IMG/VR virus record: IMGVR_UViG_2563366953_000002 | Coordinates: 1-49,559 of that record | Strand: one strand, 5' to 3' | Length of the DNA stretch: 49,559 nucleotides | Source of the DNA: a virus | Lineage: Duplodnaviria; Heunggongvirae; Uroviricota; Caudoviricetes | Part shown: positions 27,376 through 37,797 of the stretch, piece after piece | Layout of the letters: each line of letters opens with the position of its first letter | Position numbering within the stretch: position 1 is the stretch's first letter | The notes under the pieces: generated by a model | Database searches by the model: none | The model's input: only the letters and a program-made list of their open reading frames with translations | What the model was told of the DNA's origin: nothing | Program-made: the position numbers and the translations under genes

Positions 27376-28678
27376 AGTGGCAGAACGCATCAGGGACGGA
27401 ACCGTACCGTCTCCGGTGAAATTCTCCAACATGTGGTTGGTGAATTTGCGCATAACCGGAACCGGGCTTGCCTATCGCGCCGGGCTGAAAGAGCACGTCT
27501 GGCGTGATCCAAAGCTCTATCTGAACGAGGAGTTTTTAAGGCGATGCAATGGCCTTCCGGTTATCACAAACCATCCTGACGACGCAGTTCTGACGGAGGA
27601 GGATTTTAAATCGCGGATCGTCGGTAGCGTCATGCTGCCGTATATCCGGGGTGATGAGGTATGGGCGGTGTGCCGCGTTTACCTCCAGAGCATTGTTGAA
27701 GAAATCACTGAGGGGGATGTTTCGACAAGTCCGTCGGTGGTGTTCAACAGCACATCAGGAAATGTGGAAGTACAGGAAGGTGACACCAATTTTTTAATCG
27801 AGGGCGTTCCTTTCCTGGTTGATCACATCGCCCTGGTGACGAAAGCCCACGGCTCGCTGGGCGTGTGGGATAAAGACCGGATCCCCGCAGGGGTTGAAGT
27901 GACAAACACAGGTGAAATCGAGATGGAAAAAGAAGAACTCCAGGCCCTGTTACAGGGGGTTGTGAGCGATGCCCTGCAAGGCATTAATCAGAAAATCGAT
28001 GGTGTCGTTACGCGCATGGACTCACTGGAACAGCGGGACAAAGCGCGGGCGGATGCCGAAGAACAGGCGAAAAAAGAGGCCGAAGAAAAGGCCAAAGCCG
28101 ATGAAGCCGCAGAGGAACAGCGTAAAGCTGATGAAGCTGCGGCAAAGGAGGCGGAAGAAAAAGCCAAAGCTGACGAGGCAGCAGCTAAAGATGCTGAGGA
28201 GAAAGCAAAGGCTGATTCCGAAGCAGAAGAACAGCGTAAGGCCGACGAGGAGGCAGAAAAAGAACGCAATGATTCTGCCCTGGCAGAAGCGCAGGCAAAA
28301 GCCGACTCCGCATTCAGTGCCTGCGGTAAAAACGCGCCAGCACCGTTTTCTGGTGAAAATGCGCTGGACTACCGCAAGCGTGCGCTAATCGCTATGCAGA
28401 AACACTCTCCGGCACATAAGGACGTCAATATTCGCGCGATTGCGGATTCTGCAACGCTGGCTGTGCTTGAGGACGCAATTTTCAGTGCCGCCCGTCAGTC
28501 CATCGAAAAAGAAATGATGAGTACCCAGGGGCAACTGCATAAACGTATCCGCAACGATGAAGCCGGGCGTCGCATTACTGAATATCAGGGCGATCCGAAC
28601 GTCTGGCTGAGTGCCTTCAAAATTCCGGGGCGTCGTCTGGCAAAAATTAACACTCAAGGGAGCCTGAACAATGGCTGA
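27356..28678 (+). CDS. putative scaffold / prohead-processing protein with coiled-coil repeats
   Basis: 440 aa, GTG start after GAGAAGGG; central E/K/A-rich tandem repeats (EEKAKADEAA.. three times, EEQRKADE.. twice) typical of scaffold coiled coils. Confidence 0.4.
   Translation: MSLTELEVAERIRDGTVPSPVKFSNMWLVNLRITGTGLAYRAGLKEHVWRDPKLYLNEEFLRRCNGLPVITNHPDDAVLTEEDFKSRIVGSVMLPYIRGDEVWAVCRVYLQSIVEEITEGDVSTSPSVVFNSTSGNVEVQEGDTNFLIEGVPFLVDHIALVTKAHGSLGVWDKDRIPAGVEVTNTGEIEMEKEELQALLQGVVSDALQGINQKIDGVVTRMDSLEQRDKARADAEEQAKKEAEEKAKADEAAEEQRKADEAAAKEAEEKAKADEAAAKDAEEKAKADSEAEEQRKADEEAEKERNDSALAEAQAKADSAFSACGKNAPAPFSGENALDYRKRALIAMQKHSPAHKDVNIRAIADSATLAVLEDAIFSAARQSIEKEMMSTQGQLHKRIRNDEAGRRITEYQGDPNVWLSAFKIPGRRLAKINTQGSLNNG
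28060..28260 (+). repeat. in-frame imperfect tandem repeats inside the scaffold-like gene
   Basis: Three copies of a 14-24-codon unit (AEEKAKADEAA[EEQRKADEAAAKE]) with synonymous divergence at the DNA level. Confidence 0.5.
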
Positions 28679-29288
28679 TATTAACTTTCATCCGTTTAAA
28701 AACCGTGGAGCATTTGGTGGCCTTTTTAACGTCGAATCCCGTGGGCTGATGCAGGGGGATGCGCAGGATGATCCGGCAATTCGTCTGCAACTTTGCTCCG
28801 GTCGACTGGACAGCAAAATCACTGAACCGGTATGGGGTGGCGTTGGAGTTATGGAGTGCATTGCTCCCGCGAAAGACAGCGTTAACGGCGCGGTAATTAA
28901 ACAAGCCACGAAGGACGCCTGTAACGCCTTTACTGTCTTTAATCAGGCATTTCATGGCATTACCACGCCGGATAATCCGGTGCCGTTATATCTCGCGGGT
29001 GGCTTTGTTCACTATTACCGCGTTGGCTCAGGTGCCCGCATTCCTCTCCCTGTCAGTGCAGAAGTTGTTGCGCTGGCTGATGGAAATAACACCGTTGCTG
29101 CCAGTGGTTTTGTGTGGGATCTGACGAAAAACATGGTTGATGTTTATTCGGGATCACCCGGAGCTAATCCGAAAGTGGATATTAAGTTGCTGATGGTTTC
29201 AGTTGACGGAAACCTGACGGTGAAAAAAGAGGATGGTGGTAACGTTGTCTGGGAAATCGGCAAACCGTGCGGCCTGTTTTTAATTTAA
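28671..29288 (+). CDS. head structural protein (hypothetical)
   Basis: 205-aa ORF between the scaffold-like and capsid genes; start overlaps the upstream stop. Confidence 0.3.
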   Translation: MADINFHPFKNRGAFGGLFNVESRGLMQGDAQDDPAIRLQLCSGRLDSKITEPVWGGVGVMECIAPAKDSVNGAVIKQATKDACNAFTVFNQAFHGITTPDNPVPLYLAGGFVHYYRVGSGARIPLPVSAEVVALADGNNTVAASGFVWDLTKNMVDVYSGSPGANPKVDIKLLMVSVDGNLTVKKEDGGNVVWEIGKPCGLFLI

Positions 29289-29302
29289 GGGGATATTAAT
29301 TA

Positions 29303-30331
29303 ATGAGCGCATTTACTCCTGCGACTACTATTGTGTCGCCGTCAATGGTGCTGCCGGAAATGATCGTGCAACAGAGCATGGCTTCCGGGGCGTTTGAAGT
29401 CCTGGCTGGTGGTGCTCCGGCAGTAAAAATCAGTTCCAGTGATTTGATGGTCTATCAGAAATATCTGCGCATGACCTCGCAGGCGCAGGTCAGCCAGTCT
29501 CTGCCGGGCCAGTTACCGTCTTCCAGTATCTCTGGTGGCTATGACGGGATGATGACTTACCGAATTTCTTCCCGCTCGCAATACAGCTATCTCGATACTG
29601 ATGCAGCAGATCGCTGGGGCTATTCTCTGATTGAAGGCCTGCGCCTGGCTAACCGCCAGGGACACGCTCAAATGTTGCGTAATATGCTGCTGTACGGTGT
29701 TGAAGCGAAGAATAACGAAGGGATCACCAACTCCCCGAATGCAGTGACACTGAATCTGGGCAACGACAGCAAAGGTAACGATTCATACACCACCTGGGAT
29801 TCCGGCGAGATGGCTAAATTTATGCTTGGCCTGATTGCTGACCAGAAAACCCGCATGTTGCTGCTGGGGCAGCCATTAACGACTGTTATTCTGAGCCCAC
29901 AGCGATTCATGAAGGCGCTGGAGTGGACAGGAATTGTTGAGCTGACCAGTTATCAGCGTCCTGGTGGTGGTACCGGAACGGTGGGAACGATGGTTAAAGA
30001 TGTCGCCGATAAGGCGACAGGCGACGACATCATTTTCTGCCAGGACGACACGCTGATCGGTAAAGGCGCTGGTGGTAATGACCTGATCATCGTTACGAAC
30101 CCGACGATTGAGGTTCCGGAAGCGCGTCATACCATTAACACCAATATTTTCTCCACGCTGGTTCCTAACCAGCAGGCCGTCAACGTGATGTTCTGTGATA
30201 TGGCAGCGCCGACGGAAATACCATCCCCTATGCCGGATGGTGGCCTGACCACGTTGTATACCATGCGCGCGACGCCGGGCTGGAACTTCCGCCCTGAGGG
30301 GATCACCCTGTTGTCTGCCAAATACGCATAA
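29303..30331 (+). CDS. putative major capsid protein
   Basis: 342-aa ORF followed by a strong intrinsic terminator; position after the scaffold-like gene. Synteny and size only. Confidence 0.5.
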   Translation: MSAFTPATTIVSPSMVLPEMIVQQSMASGAFEVLAGGAPAVKISSSDLMVYQKYLRMTSQAQVSQSLPGQLPSSSISGGYDGMMTYRISSRSQYSYLDTDAADRWGYSLIEGLRLANRQGHAQMLRNMLLYGVEAKNNEGITNSPNAVTLNLGNDSKGNDSYTTWDSGEMAKFMLGLIADQKTRMLLLGQPLTTVILSPQRFMKALEWTGIVELTSYQRPGGGTGTVGTMVKDVADKATGDDIIFCQDDTLIGKGAGGNDLIIVTNPTIEVPEARHTINTNIFSTLVPNQQAVNVMFCDMAAPTEIPSPMPDGGLTTLYTMRATPGWNFRPEGITLLSAKYA

Positions 30332-30348
30332 ACGTTCAACCTGATAAC

Positions 30349-30376
30349 GCGGGGAGCTAAATGCTCCCCTTTTTTG
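30349..30376 (+). terminator. intrinsic terminator after the capsid gene
   Basis: GGGGAGCtaaatGCTCCCC followed by TTTTTT. Coordinates approximate. Confidence 0.55.
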
Positions 30377-30388
30377 TGGGAAAAATTT

Positions 30389-30859
30389 ATGAAGCTCTAC
30401 ATCGCTAACTGCTCACGTCAGCCGCACACGTTCAACTACAAACTCCCCGAAAAAACGCAGTCGTTCGGTGTGACAATTCCGTCCGGACGTCAGCATATGA
30501 TCGAAAATCAGTCCGATATTATCGACCACATCATCCGACAGCATGAGCCTTACGGATTCCAGCGTTGTGACAAGGTGGACAAGAATTTTTCCGGTATCTG
30601 CTATTCCATCGATAAGCCTGTGAGCGTTGGTCGCATTGAGGATTGCGCGGAGCAGAAAACGGAAAATCTGGAATCCATGTCAGAGGAAATTCTCGCGGCC
30701 AGCGCCGTATCGCTGAATAACGCAGTGGATCAGGCAGTGATTCAGAGCGGCGAAAAACCTCAACCGGGCGGTATTGAGATGGAAATCACCGGGGAAGCGG
30801 TTAACACCGAACAGGAAAATCCGCCCAGCACAAAGCGAAATATTAAGGTTAAAAAATAA
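30389..30859 (+). CDS. hypothetical head/connector protein
   Basis: ATG at 30389; 156 aa; acidic C-terminal part. Confidence 0.3.
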   Translation: MKLYIANCSRQPHTFNYKLPEKTQSFGVTIPSGRQHMIENQSDIIDHIIRQHEPYGFQRCDKVDKNFSGICYSIDKPVSVGRIEDCAEQKTENLESMSEEILAASAVSLNNAVDQAVIQSGEKPQPGGIEMEITGEAVNTEQENPPSTKRNIKVKK

Positions 30860-31299
30860 TGACCCTGCGTCCGTCACTGGAGGGGTTTATTCGCTTTGTT
30901 CGTGACGACATGAAAGTACCGGTTCACGCTATTGCTGACGATGATCCGACGCTGGAATGTTGCTTTCAGTCTGCGATGGAGCTAATCCCTCACGATCAGG
31001 GGCTGGAGCGTTTACCCATCATCTATGTGCGAACGGTTTATAACGCTGCCGCCTCATTTCTCCTGAATTTCGCTCCCGGCTCGTGGTTTGCCGACCTGAG
31101 AAAAAAACTCAACCTTGGGAAACTGGCTACTGGGCTTGTCAGTGCGGCAGCAGACCAGGGGACATCGGGTTCGATCACCATCAGCGATGCGCTGAGTAAT
31201 CTGTCTTTGCTGGATTTGCAGATGTTACAGGATCCGTATGGACGACAGGTTGTTGCGGTGCTGATGCAGATGGGCACGGTATGGGGTTACACGCCATGA
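30859..31299 (+). CDS. hypothetical head-tail joining protein
   Basis: 146-aa ORF with overlapping start/stop junctions to both neighbours. Confidence 0.3.
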   Translation: MTLRPSLEGFIRFVRDDMKVPVHAIADDDPTLECCFQSAMELIPHDQGLERLPIIYVRTVYNAAASFLLNFAPGSWFADLRKKLNLGKLATGLVSAAADQGTSGSITISDALSNLSLLDLQMLQDPYGRQVVAVLMQMGTVWGYTP

Positions 31300-31736
31300 A
31301 ACTTTGTTTTGGGGTTATCGACCAGCCGTATGACTACGGCGACGAGCCGGGAAAAACCACGTTTGACGTAGCCTGTGACCTCGAGGAGCGATACGAAATT
31401 TTTACGCACTTCTGGGAAATGCATAAGGACGAGATTATCCAGGAGGCAGGTACTGAACTGGCGTACCAGTTGGTCAATCACTTCAAGTATAAGGCTCCGC
31501 TACCTGGCGAGCATTTTCTGGAAGGGACCGGGAAGATTTTCCATATTTTTCTTGAAACTGAAGAAATGGCCGGGATGACGATTAACGGAAACCCTGTGCC
31601 AACTCAGGCCGCGCTACTGGGCGTTAACTCCAGGCTTAAGGACAAATATACCGGAGAGCGGCGTCCGTCATTCATAGACGGCGGCCTGTTTAAGGGCAGC
31701 TTTATAGCGTGGATAGATAATAATGCCGAGTCTTGA
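31296..31736 (+). CDS. hypothetical head-tail joining protein
   Basis: ATG at 31296 overlapping the upstream stop (ATGA); 146 aa. Confidence 0.3.
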   Translation: MKLCFGVIDQPYDYGDEPGKTTFDVACDLEERYEIFTHFWEMHKDEIIQEAGTELAYQLVNHFKYKAPLPGEHFLEGTGKIFHIFLETEEMAGMTINGNPVPTQAALLGVNSRLKDKYTGERRPSFIDGGLFKGSFIAWIDNNAES

Positions 31737-32667
31737 GGAATTAGCCGAACAGCACAGTTCGCAGCTCTCGTCCGTTCTTAAATCCGCAGTTGAAACCATC
31801 TCGTCAGACCAGGAAATCACGTTCAGGCTCTATGTCCGGCAGGTTCTGCCGCTGGATGGCTTTGTCTATTGGGTTAATGCGGAAATCATCAGTTGCGATG
31901 AACTGTGTCGCCTGAATATTGAGTCACCAACTCGTCTGAAAATCAAAGGCAGCCTGCATCGTCAGGTTATTGCGATTCAGGACGAGTCTGTCTCGAAGGA
32001 TGTGAACAACATTATTTTCACGCCTGTTCAGCAGGTTGATGATTTTAATGTGGAAAATCCCGATGCGATCTATCTCGGTGAGTACGGAGGCGTCCAGTTC
32101 GCTTTTTCACGAATGGAGAGCCGTTATCAGCAGTCGGGTATTTTTCATTATCGCGGCATGGCGATTTTACCAACCATGCGTTCTCAGATTATCGACTGCG
32201 AGAAGGATATCAGCGACGAGCAGATCATCTCCAACAGCATCCCGATCTGGCTGCAAATGAAAGATGCCGCGACCGTGTATCCGTCTTACCTGGTACCGCA
32301 GAACCTTCGCCCTCCGTATATCGCGGTGGATGTTCGCAACAGTATTCCGTTGCAGGTGGCTCCCGTTGTTTTCGGCGGTGAGCGGTTCCAGCTAGTCCAG
32401 GATTCGGTTCGCCTGACGCTTTACGGATTCAGCAACAAAATGGCGCTGGATCTTGTCGACTCGGTGGTGAACAGGGCGCTGGAGGAGGAAAAGTTTGGTG
32501 TAACCAATATTCCGGTGGTTCAGGACGCAAAGTCGGGACAGGTTGAAATCAACGCTCTGGCGAAGAAAAAGATTGTCGATTTTGACGTGAATTACTACCA
32601 GAGCACCGCCCGGGAAATGTCCCGGCAGTTGATTGAAAAAGTTATTTGTAAATATGAGGTTAAATAA
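31723..32667 (+). CDS. hypothetical virion protein
   Basis: 314-aa ORF upstream of the sheath-like gene, translationally coupled to its neighbours. Confidence 0.3.
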   Translation: MPSLEELAEQHSSQLSSVLKSAVETISSDQEITFRLYVRQVLPLDGFVYWVNAEIISCDELCRLNIESPTRLKIKGSLHRQVIAIQDESVSKDVNNIIFTPVQQVDDFNVENPDAIYLGEYGGVQFAFSRMESRYQQSGIFHYRGMAILPTMRSQIIDCEKDISDEQIISNSIPIWLQMKDAATVYPSYLVPQNLRPPYIAVDVRNSIPLQVAPVVFGGERFQLVQDSVRLTLYGFSNKMALDLVDSVVNRALEEEKFGVTNIPVVQDAKSGQVEINALAKKKIVDFDVNYYQSTAREMSRQLIEKVICKYEVK

Positions 32668-34004
32668 TGGGATTTAATATCGTCACGGTGAATGTGTCCC
32701 AGACCATCGGGGCCATTCCCTCGAATTTGCAGCAGATGTCTGCGGTTCTCTCGTTTGGTTCCACGACTCATGAGCTGGGAAAACCTGTATTACTCACCCG
32801 TAATCAGGATATTAACGAACTGGTTAAAAATCCGATTGCTGGCTTGTCGGCGGCTGCCGCAGGAAGATCTGCGGCAAGCGTCACCGTTACGATGACGCTT
32901 CCGGAAGGGAGCAACATCCGACGCGAAAACAGTTCTGAGGTGAAAATTGTTGTTTCCGGGTGTTCGCCCGACGCGTGGAATGGCGAATATACTGCTACCG
33001 TCACGGATGAAAAAACACTGACCTGGACTATTACTGATTCTCAGCTTTCCGGTTCTCCAGTGACGCTGGGGCAGTTTTCCATTGCTGGCAGTGAAAATCT
33101 GGTGACGGCAGTAAACACGTTTTTTGCCCAGGGAAATTCAGTGGGGATTTACCTGCTGGAGCTGGGAGTACAGAAAGGCGGAGTCAGTAAGGAAATCGCT
33201 GCGCTGAAATCTTATATGGAAGATCCGCTCCAGCGTTTTTACGCTTATCTGGTACCGCAGACGTGGGATGGCGACGCGGAGTTTATCAGTCTGGCAAAAC
33301 TCCACACCGCCAACGAAGCGATGCAGTATTTCTTCGTGCTGACGAAAACGCCGGATGACACGAATTACGTTTCGCCTTATGCCGGTATTAAGTCAGTTAT
33401 TGCAACGGCGGATGATACGTACCCGGCGACAAACGCGGCAGCAGCCGTAATGTGGAACTATGTTTCCGCATCACCTTCAGAAATCAACAAGGTGCCGCCG
33501 ATGGCATTTCGCTATCTACAGGCGGTAAACGCCCACAAGGGCAAAAATTCCATTCTGGCTACGATGACGAAGCAGAATATTAACTACGTCGAAACGGGGG
33601 CTGAGGGCGGAATCTCCAACACGATTCTGGTGAAAGGCGTTACCAGTGACGGTAACGATATGACGTACTGGTATTCCGTGGACTGGGTGCAGATTAATGT
33701 CGATATGCAGCTCGCCAACACGGTTATCAACGGCAGCAATAACCCAATTAACCCGCTTTACTACAACCAGGACGGGATCGACCGTCTACAGCAGGTCGCA
33801 CAGGCGGTGTTCAATACGGGCGTATCTTACGGCCTGGTCAACGGTCAGCCTGTCGTCGATGCAGTGCCTTTCCGTCAGTATATCAACACTAATCCGAATG
33901 ATTACGGTATCGGGCGTTATGCAGGCCTTTCGGCCTCCTATACGCCGATGCGCGGATTTGTCGAAATCATTTTTAACATCAATGTGACAATGCAGCTTTC
34001 GTGA
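32667..34004 (+). CDS. putative tail sheath protein
   Basis: 445-aa ORF after GAGG, followed by a 147-aa tube-like gene, a frameshifting chaperone and a tape measure (contractile-tail order). Confidence 0.5.
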   Translation: MGFNIVTVNVSQTIGAIPSNLQQMSAVLSFGSTTHELGKPVLLTRNQDINELVKNPIAGLSAAAAGRSAASVTVTMTLPEGSNIRRENSSEVKIVVSGCSPDAWNGEYTATVTDEKTLTWTITDSQLSGSPVTLGQFSIAGSENLVTAVNTFFAQGNSVGIYLLELGVQKGGVSKEIAALKSYMEDPLQRFYAYLVPQTWDGDAEFISLAKLHTANEAMQYFFVLTKTPDDTNYVSPYAGIKSVIATADDTYPATNAAAAVMWNYVSASPSEINKVPPMAFRYLQAVNAHKGKNSILATMTKQNINYVETGAEGGISNTILVKGVTSDGNDMTYWYSVDWVQINVDMQLANTVINGSNNPINPLYYNQDGIDRLQQVAQAVFNTGVSYGLVNGQPVVDAVPFRQYINTNPNDYGIGRYAGLSASYTPMRGFVEIIFNINVTMQLS

Positions 34005-34015
34005 GGGACTGAACC

Positions 34016-34459
34016 GTGCCTAATCCAATGATCCCCGTTGGCACCCTTAACCGGGTTCGCGCCAGCGTTAAATTCACCTCTCATTCCGAACTGAATGTGT
34101 CCGCCTCATTTCTGGCAAAAGAAGGCGTCGAATTGTCCTTTCAGGGCAATATCACGGAGTTTTTACCCGCTATGACGGGAGCCGTGCAGTCGCCGCAGCC
34201 ATACATGATTTTACAGGCGCGTGTTCATCTGCTGCGTAGCCAGGCGCTGGGAAAACAATTCAAGGCGCAATGGGAAAAAAACGCCACGATCGGCGACGCA
34301 AAAGTGTATAGCGACAGCACGGTGTTCGGTGACTTCGATATCTATAACACAGCGATTACCAACGTGCAGGATATGACCTTCGCCGGGGGGGAGCCGGGTG
34401 TGGCCATCACCATTACCGGTACGTATTACATCAATTCTGAAATGTGGGATCTGGTATGA
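34016..34459 (+). CDS. putative tail tube protein
   Basis: 147 aa, GTG start after GAGGGA; stop overlaps the chaperone ATG. Confidence 0.45.
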   Translation: MPNPMIPVGTLNRVRASVKFTSHSELNVSASFLAKEGVELSFQGNITEFLPAMTGAVQSPQPYMILQARVHLLRSQALGKQFKAQWEKNATIGDAKVYSDSTVFGDFDIYNTAITNVQDMTFAGGEPGVAITITGTYYINSEMWDLV

Positions 34460-35073
34460 AAATCTCCCGAAATCTGAATCTGATTATTCCTGTCCGGACA
34501 GAAAAGGGTAATGGCTGGATCCATGCCACGCCGATCAGCAAAGAGGTGTTTAAAGAGCATTTCTTCATCCTGAGTAAAACCTTTTCTGCCATTTTTTCTG
34601 AAGGTCTTGGCGTCGTTGCGGGTCCGCGTATCGCCTGCCTTATGCTGGAACGGATCTCCTCAGATATGAACATCTGGGATGGCGAAAAGGGCGTTCGTAA
34701 TACGCTCGTGAATGAAATCATTCGCCTTGCGAATCTGGTTTACCCAGTCGAAGGGAAAGGTTATGACACGCTCCCGCTTGATATGGCGCTGGAGCGCGGC
34801 ATCGTTGAATTTGATGATGTGGCAGGTGAACTCGTTTTTTTTACATGCGTCTCGTCGATAAACACACCGGAGCAGACGGAGCAGATGATGCTGGCAGTCA
34901 GTGGAATGTGGAACAGTCGCACTTCATCCTTGAGTCTTACGGAATGGATTGCTTCATTGCCGACATTGAAGCCTGTCGCCAGTTCTGGCGCGACGGCGAG
35001 CACGTTATCAGCGACATCCTCGACTACTCAGCCGGAGACGGATTCAGCGACATCTGGGCAAATTCCGGTCTGA
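34456..35073 (+). CDS. tail assembly chaperone (zero-frame product)
   Basis: ATG at 34456 overlaps the tube stop; lies between the tube and tape-measure genes; contains a T8 slippery tract at 34835-34842. Confidence 0.55.
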   Translation: MKISRNLNLIIPVRTEKGNGWIHATPISKEVFKEHFFILSKTFSAIFSEGLGVVAGPRIACLMLERISSDMNIWDGEKGVRNTLVNEIIRLANLVYPVEGKGYDTLPLDMALERGIVEFDDVAGELVFFTCVSSINTPEQTEQMMLAVSGMWNSRTSSLSLTEWIASLPTLKPVASSGATASTLSATSSTTQPETDSATSGQIPV

Positions 35074-35147
35074 ATGTAAAAACAGCAGCTCAGTTTCGTG
35101 AGCTGCGTAAATGCACGACGCCGGGAGGTGTATTGAATGTCAGGTAA
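34456..35147 (+). CDS. tail assembly chaperone, predicted -1 frameshift-extended isoform
   Basis: The -1 frame is open from the T8 tract (34835-34842) to a stop at 35147, which overlaps the tape-measure start; this matches the conserved G/GT-type chaperone frameshift arrangement. Confidence 0.45.
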
Positions 35148-37125
35148 TCAGATGCCAGTTCTGACACTGGACGTTAATGAAGAACATCTTAAGCGACTTG
35201 AGGCGATATTTGAAAAGTATCGCAACGGGCTGATGATTGGCCCTGCCGGTACGCCGCTTAAAATACCTTCAAATACAGGTCCGGCAGGTGGCGCCCGGCA
35301 GACAACCACAGGCGGAGAAGCCAATCAGGCTCCCAGGAAACCATCTTCACCCGAGCCAGTTTCGGCTGCTTCCACTGATGGACGTTTAAGGGATGAAAAA
35401 GGGCGCTTTGTTGGAAGCGGGAAAACACCTGATTCGCTGGTGAGCAACTATAAAGGTCGCGGCGAAACGATGTTTGATAAGTACCTCAACGGGCTGGGTA
35501 AAAACGCTCAGGGAACGCTGAAAACTTACAAACAGATCAATTCAACGCTTAAAACGACTAATTCCCGGTTAAAAAGCCTGTTTAAAACCACGGTTTCGTG
35601 GGGGGCGAAAATAGCTGCAATAGGGGTTGCGGGGCCGTTTGGCTACGGCTATATGGCGAGTAAAGTCGCAGCACAGTATAGCGTGGCTCAGGGGTTAGGG
35701 ATGGAAACCGCCCAAATGCAGGCCGCACGTGCCACCTATTCACCATATTTTTCTGGCACAGAAGAACTGGTTCAGCATCTGGCGAACGCACAGAAAAATC
35801 CAAACGATCCAAACTATGCTGGTCTGGTTAGTCTTGGAATTGATCCGCGAGATGGTGCAGCAAAGAATCTGCCCAAACTTATGAGTGCGCTTGCATCTCT
35901 AGTTAAGCAATATAAAGGTTCAGGACTTACTCAGGGGATTCTCAACGGACAAGGACTTGGATTTGTTGATGTCGCGACAACTAACCAGGTGGAAGCGAAT
36001 CTGGACAAGATCCCCCAACTGAATGAGAAATTTGCAGCAAATACCCGGTTACTCGGCGCTTACCTCACGCCAGCTATGCAGTCAGGTTATCAGGACACGG
36101 TGAGTAACCTGATGGTAAATGGAAACAGAATATCAAATTCCTGGTATGCAGCTCTTGCCAGATATAACCCATTAATCAGAGGTGCATCTGATGGGCTGAC
36201 ATCCAATATTGAAGGTTTTCTGAATGGTGGAAATTTTAAACAAATTCTCACTGAGGCTGGAGAAGGGCTGGAGAAACTTGGTAAGTGGCTAAATAGTGAA
36301 CAGTTTAAAAATGATCTTGATGATTTTTCTCTGGCGGTGAGCCGTATTGCAAAAGCAATATGGTCAGCTATCAAATGGATCGGCGGGGAAGATAAATATC
36401 TCCCCGGAACCGGAGTTGGTGCTGAACAGGCAGATCCAGTTCTTGTGGCATTTGGGGATAAATATCTCGGCGGTGCGTTGCCGGGAGCAAACCCGATGAC
36501 AAATCAGTATACGGGTGAGTTTTATAAACAGGATGATGTATATAAAAATTACCGTATGCCTAATGATTTAAAGAGAAATATTCAGAACTTTGTAGAGCAA
36601 GCCAATAATACTTATCGACTTCCTAAAAATATGATGTCTGCAATTGCAGAAGCCGAATCATCGTGGAATCCCCTAGCGAAAGGAAGCCCCGATGAAAATG
36701 GCAATTATGCTAAGGGGTTGTGGCAATTCTGGGATAGCACCGCAAAACAGTATGGTCTGGTGGGAGATGATGTTTATGATCCAAATAAATCCACTCTTGC
36801 GGCTGGCCGCTTTTTAAATGATCTGAATCGGCGTTATAAAGGCGATGTGGCAAAAATGCTTACGGCATATAACGGAGGTCGTATTGATAGAGATGGAAAT
36901 CTAAGTTTGAGAATGGAGACTGTAAAATATTTAATTAAATTATTGCCTCAGATACAGGGAGCCTTGGATCAACACCCTGGTATTATGAATCAGCTAAGAA
37001 ATGCCAAAGATAACCTTCAGGGTGCTGGCAAAAATGCCCGCGCAATAATTGAGCTTCAGGTGCGACAATCGCCAGGTTCCGACATACTGGCACAACTCGC
37101 CGGAACGCAACAAATACCGGGGTAA
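35137..37125 (+). CDS. tail tape-measure protein with lytic-transglycosylase-like domain
   Basis: 662 aa; C-terminal region has SLT-like motifs (..AEAESSWNPLAKGSPDENGNYAKGLWQFWDSTAKQYGL..); position after the frameshifting chaperone. Confidence 0.6.
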   Translation: MSGNQMPVLTLDVNEEHLKRLEAIFEKYRNGLMIGPAGTPLKIPSNTGPAGGARQTTTGGEANQAPRKPSSPEPVSAASTDGRLRDEKGRFVGSGKTPDSLVSNYKGRGETMFDKYLNGLGKNAQGTLKTYKQINSTLKTTNSRLKSLFKTTVSWGAKIAAIGVAGPFGYGYMASKVAAQYSVAQGLGMETAQMQAARATYSPYFSGTEELVQHLANAQKNPNDPNYAGLVSLGIDPRDGAAKNLPKLMSALASLVKQYKGSGLTQGILNGQGLGFVDVATTNQVEANLDKIPQLNEKFAANTRLLGAYLTPAMQSGYQDTVSNLMVNGNRISNSWYAALARYNPLIRGASDGLTSNIEGFLNGGNFKQILTEAGEGLEKLGKWLNSEQFKNDLDDFSLAVSRIAKAIWSAIKWIGGEDKYLPGTGVGAEQADPVLVAFGDKYLGGALPGANPMTNQYTGEFYKQDDVYKNYRMPNDLKRNIQNFVEQANNTYRLPKNMMSAIAEAESSWNPLAKGSPDENGNYAKGLWQFWDSTAKQYGLVGDDVYDPNKSTLAAGRFLNDLNRRYKGDVAKMLTAYNGGRIDRDGNLSLRMETVKYLIKLLPQIQGALDQHPGIMNQLRNAKDNLQGAGKNARAIIELQVRQSPGSDILAQLAGTQQIPG

Positions 37126-37128
37126 AAG

Positions 37129-37797
37129 ATGTCACTTAATTACTTTGGACAAGCTTTCAAACTGGCGTTTGAAGTATCGCCCATTCTTTTAGTTGATGGC
37201 ATAGCGTCGAAAATTCCTGGCGGGGTGATGCCGATTGCTGTTCTGACCGAAGGACTAAGCATCGCGAACGGTCTGCTGCATGGAGAGATTCGTACACGTT
37301 CGATGGCGGCATTCACGCCAATGGCGGGGACAACGTTAGTCCAGCAGGATATTTGCAACCTGAATTTCTATAACCAGGTAACGGCAGCGAATGCGACCGT
37401 CAGGAAGCCTAACCGGGTAGTCATGCAGATGATCCGTCCGGCATCTACGGAGGACGGTGGCTACACCACGAAGGGAATGACGTTCACGGCGCTGAAAATG
37501 GCGCTTGATATGCATAACCATTATGGCGGTTGCTACACCGTTCTGACTCCCTCGTTTATCTACACGCGCTGCCTGATGCGGTCGTTTATCGATACATCCG
37601 GTTTCTCTGAGCAGAACAAGCAAGTGCAGCACACCTGGCAGATTGAGTTTGAGCAACCATTGTCGTCTGTCGAACAAACAGTAAAGACGCTGGCGAGCGT
37701 TCTGGATAAATTTGATAAAGGGATGCCGTCAGACGGGCCGCTATCGTGGTCAGGTATTAAGAACCAGGTCGTGCAGGAGTTTGGTATTGGCTTATGA
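37129..37797 (+). CDS. tail/baseplate-associated protein (hypothetical)
   Basis: 222-aa ORF directly after the tape measure. Synteny only. Confidence 0.3.
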   Translation: MSLNYFGQAFKLAFEVSPILLVDGIASKIPGGVMPIAVLTEGLSIANGLLHGEIRTRSMAAFTPMAGTTLVQQDICNLNFYNQVTAANATVRKPNRVVMQMIRPASTEDGGYTTKGMTFTALKMALDMHNHYGGCYTVLTPSFIYTRCLMRSFIDTSGFSEQNKQVQHTWQIEFEQPLSSVEQTVKTLASVLDKFDKGMPSDGPLSWSGIKNQVVQEFGIGL

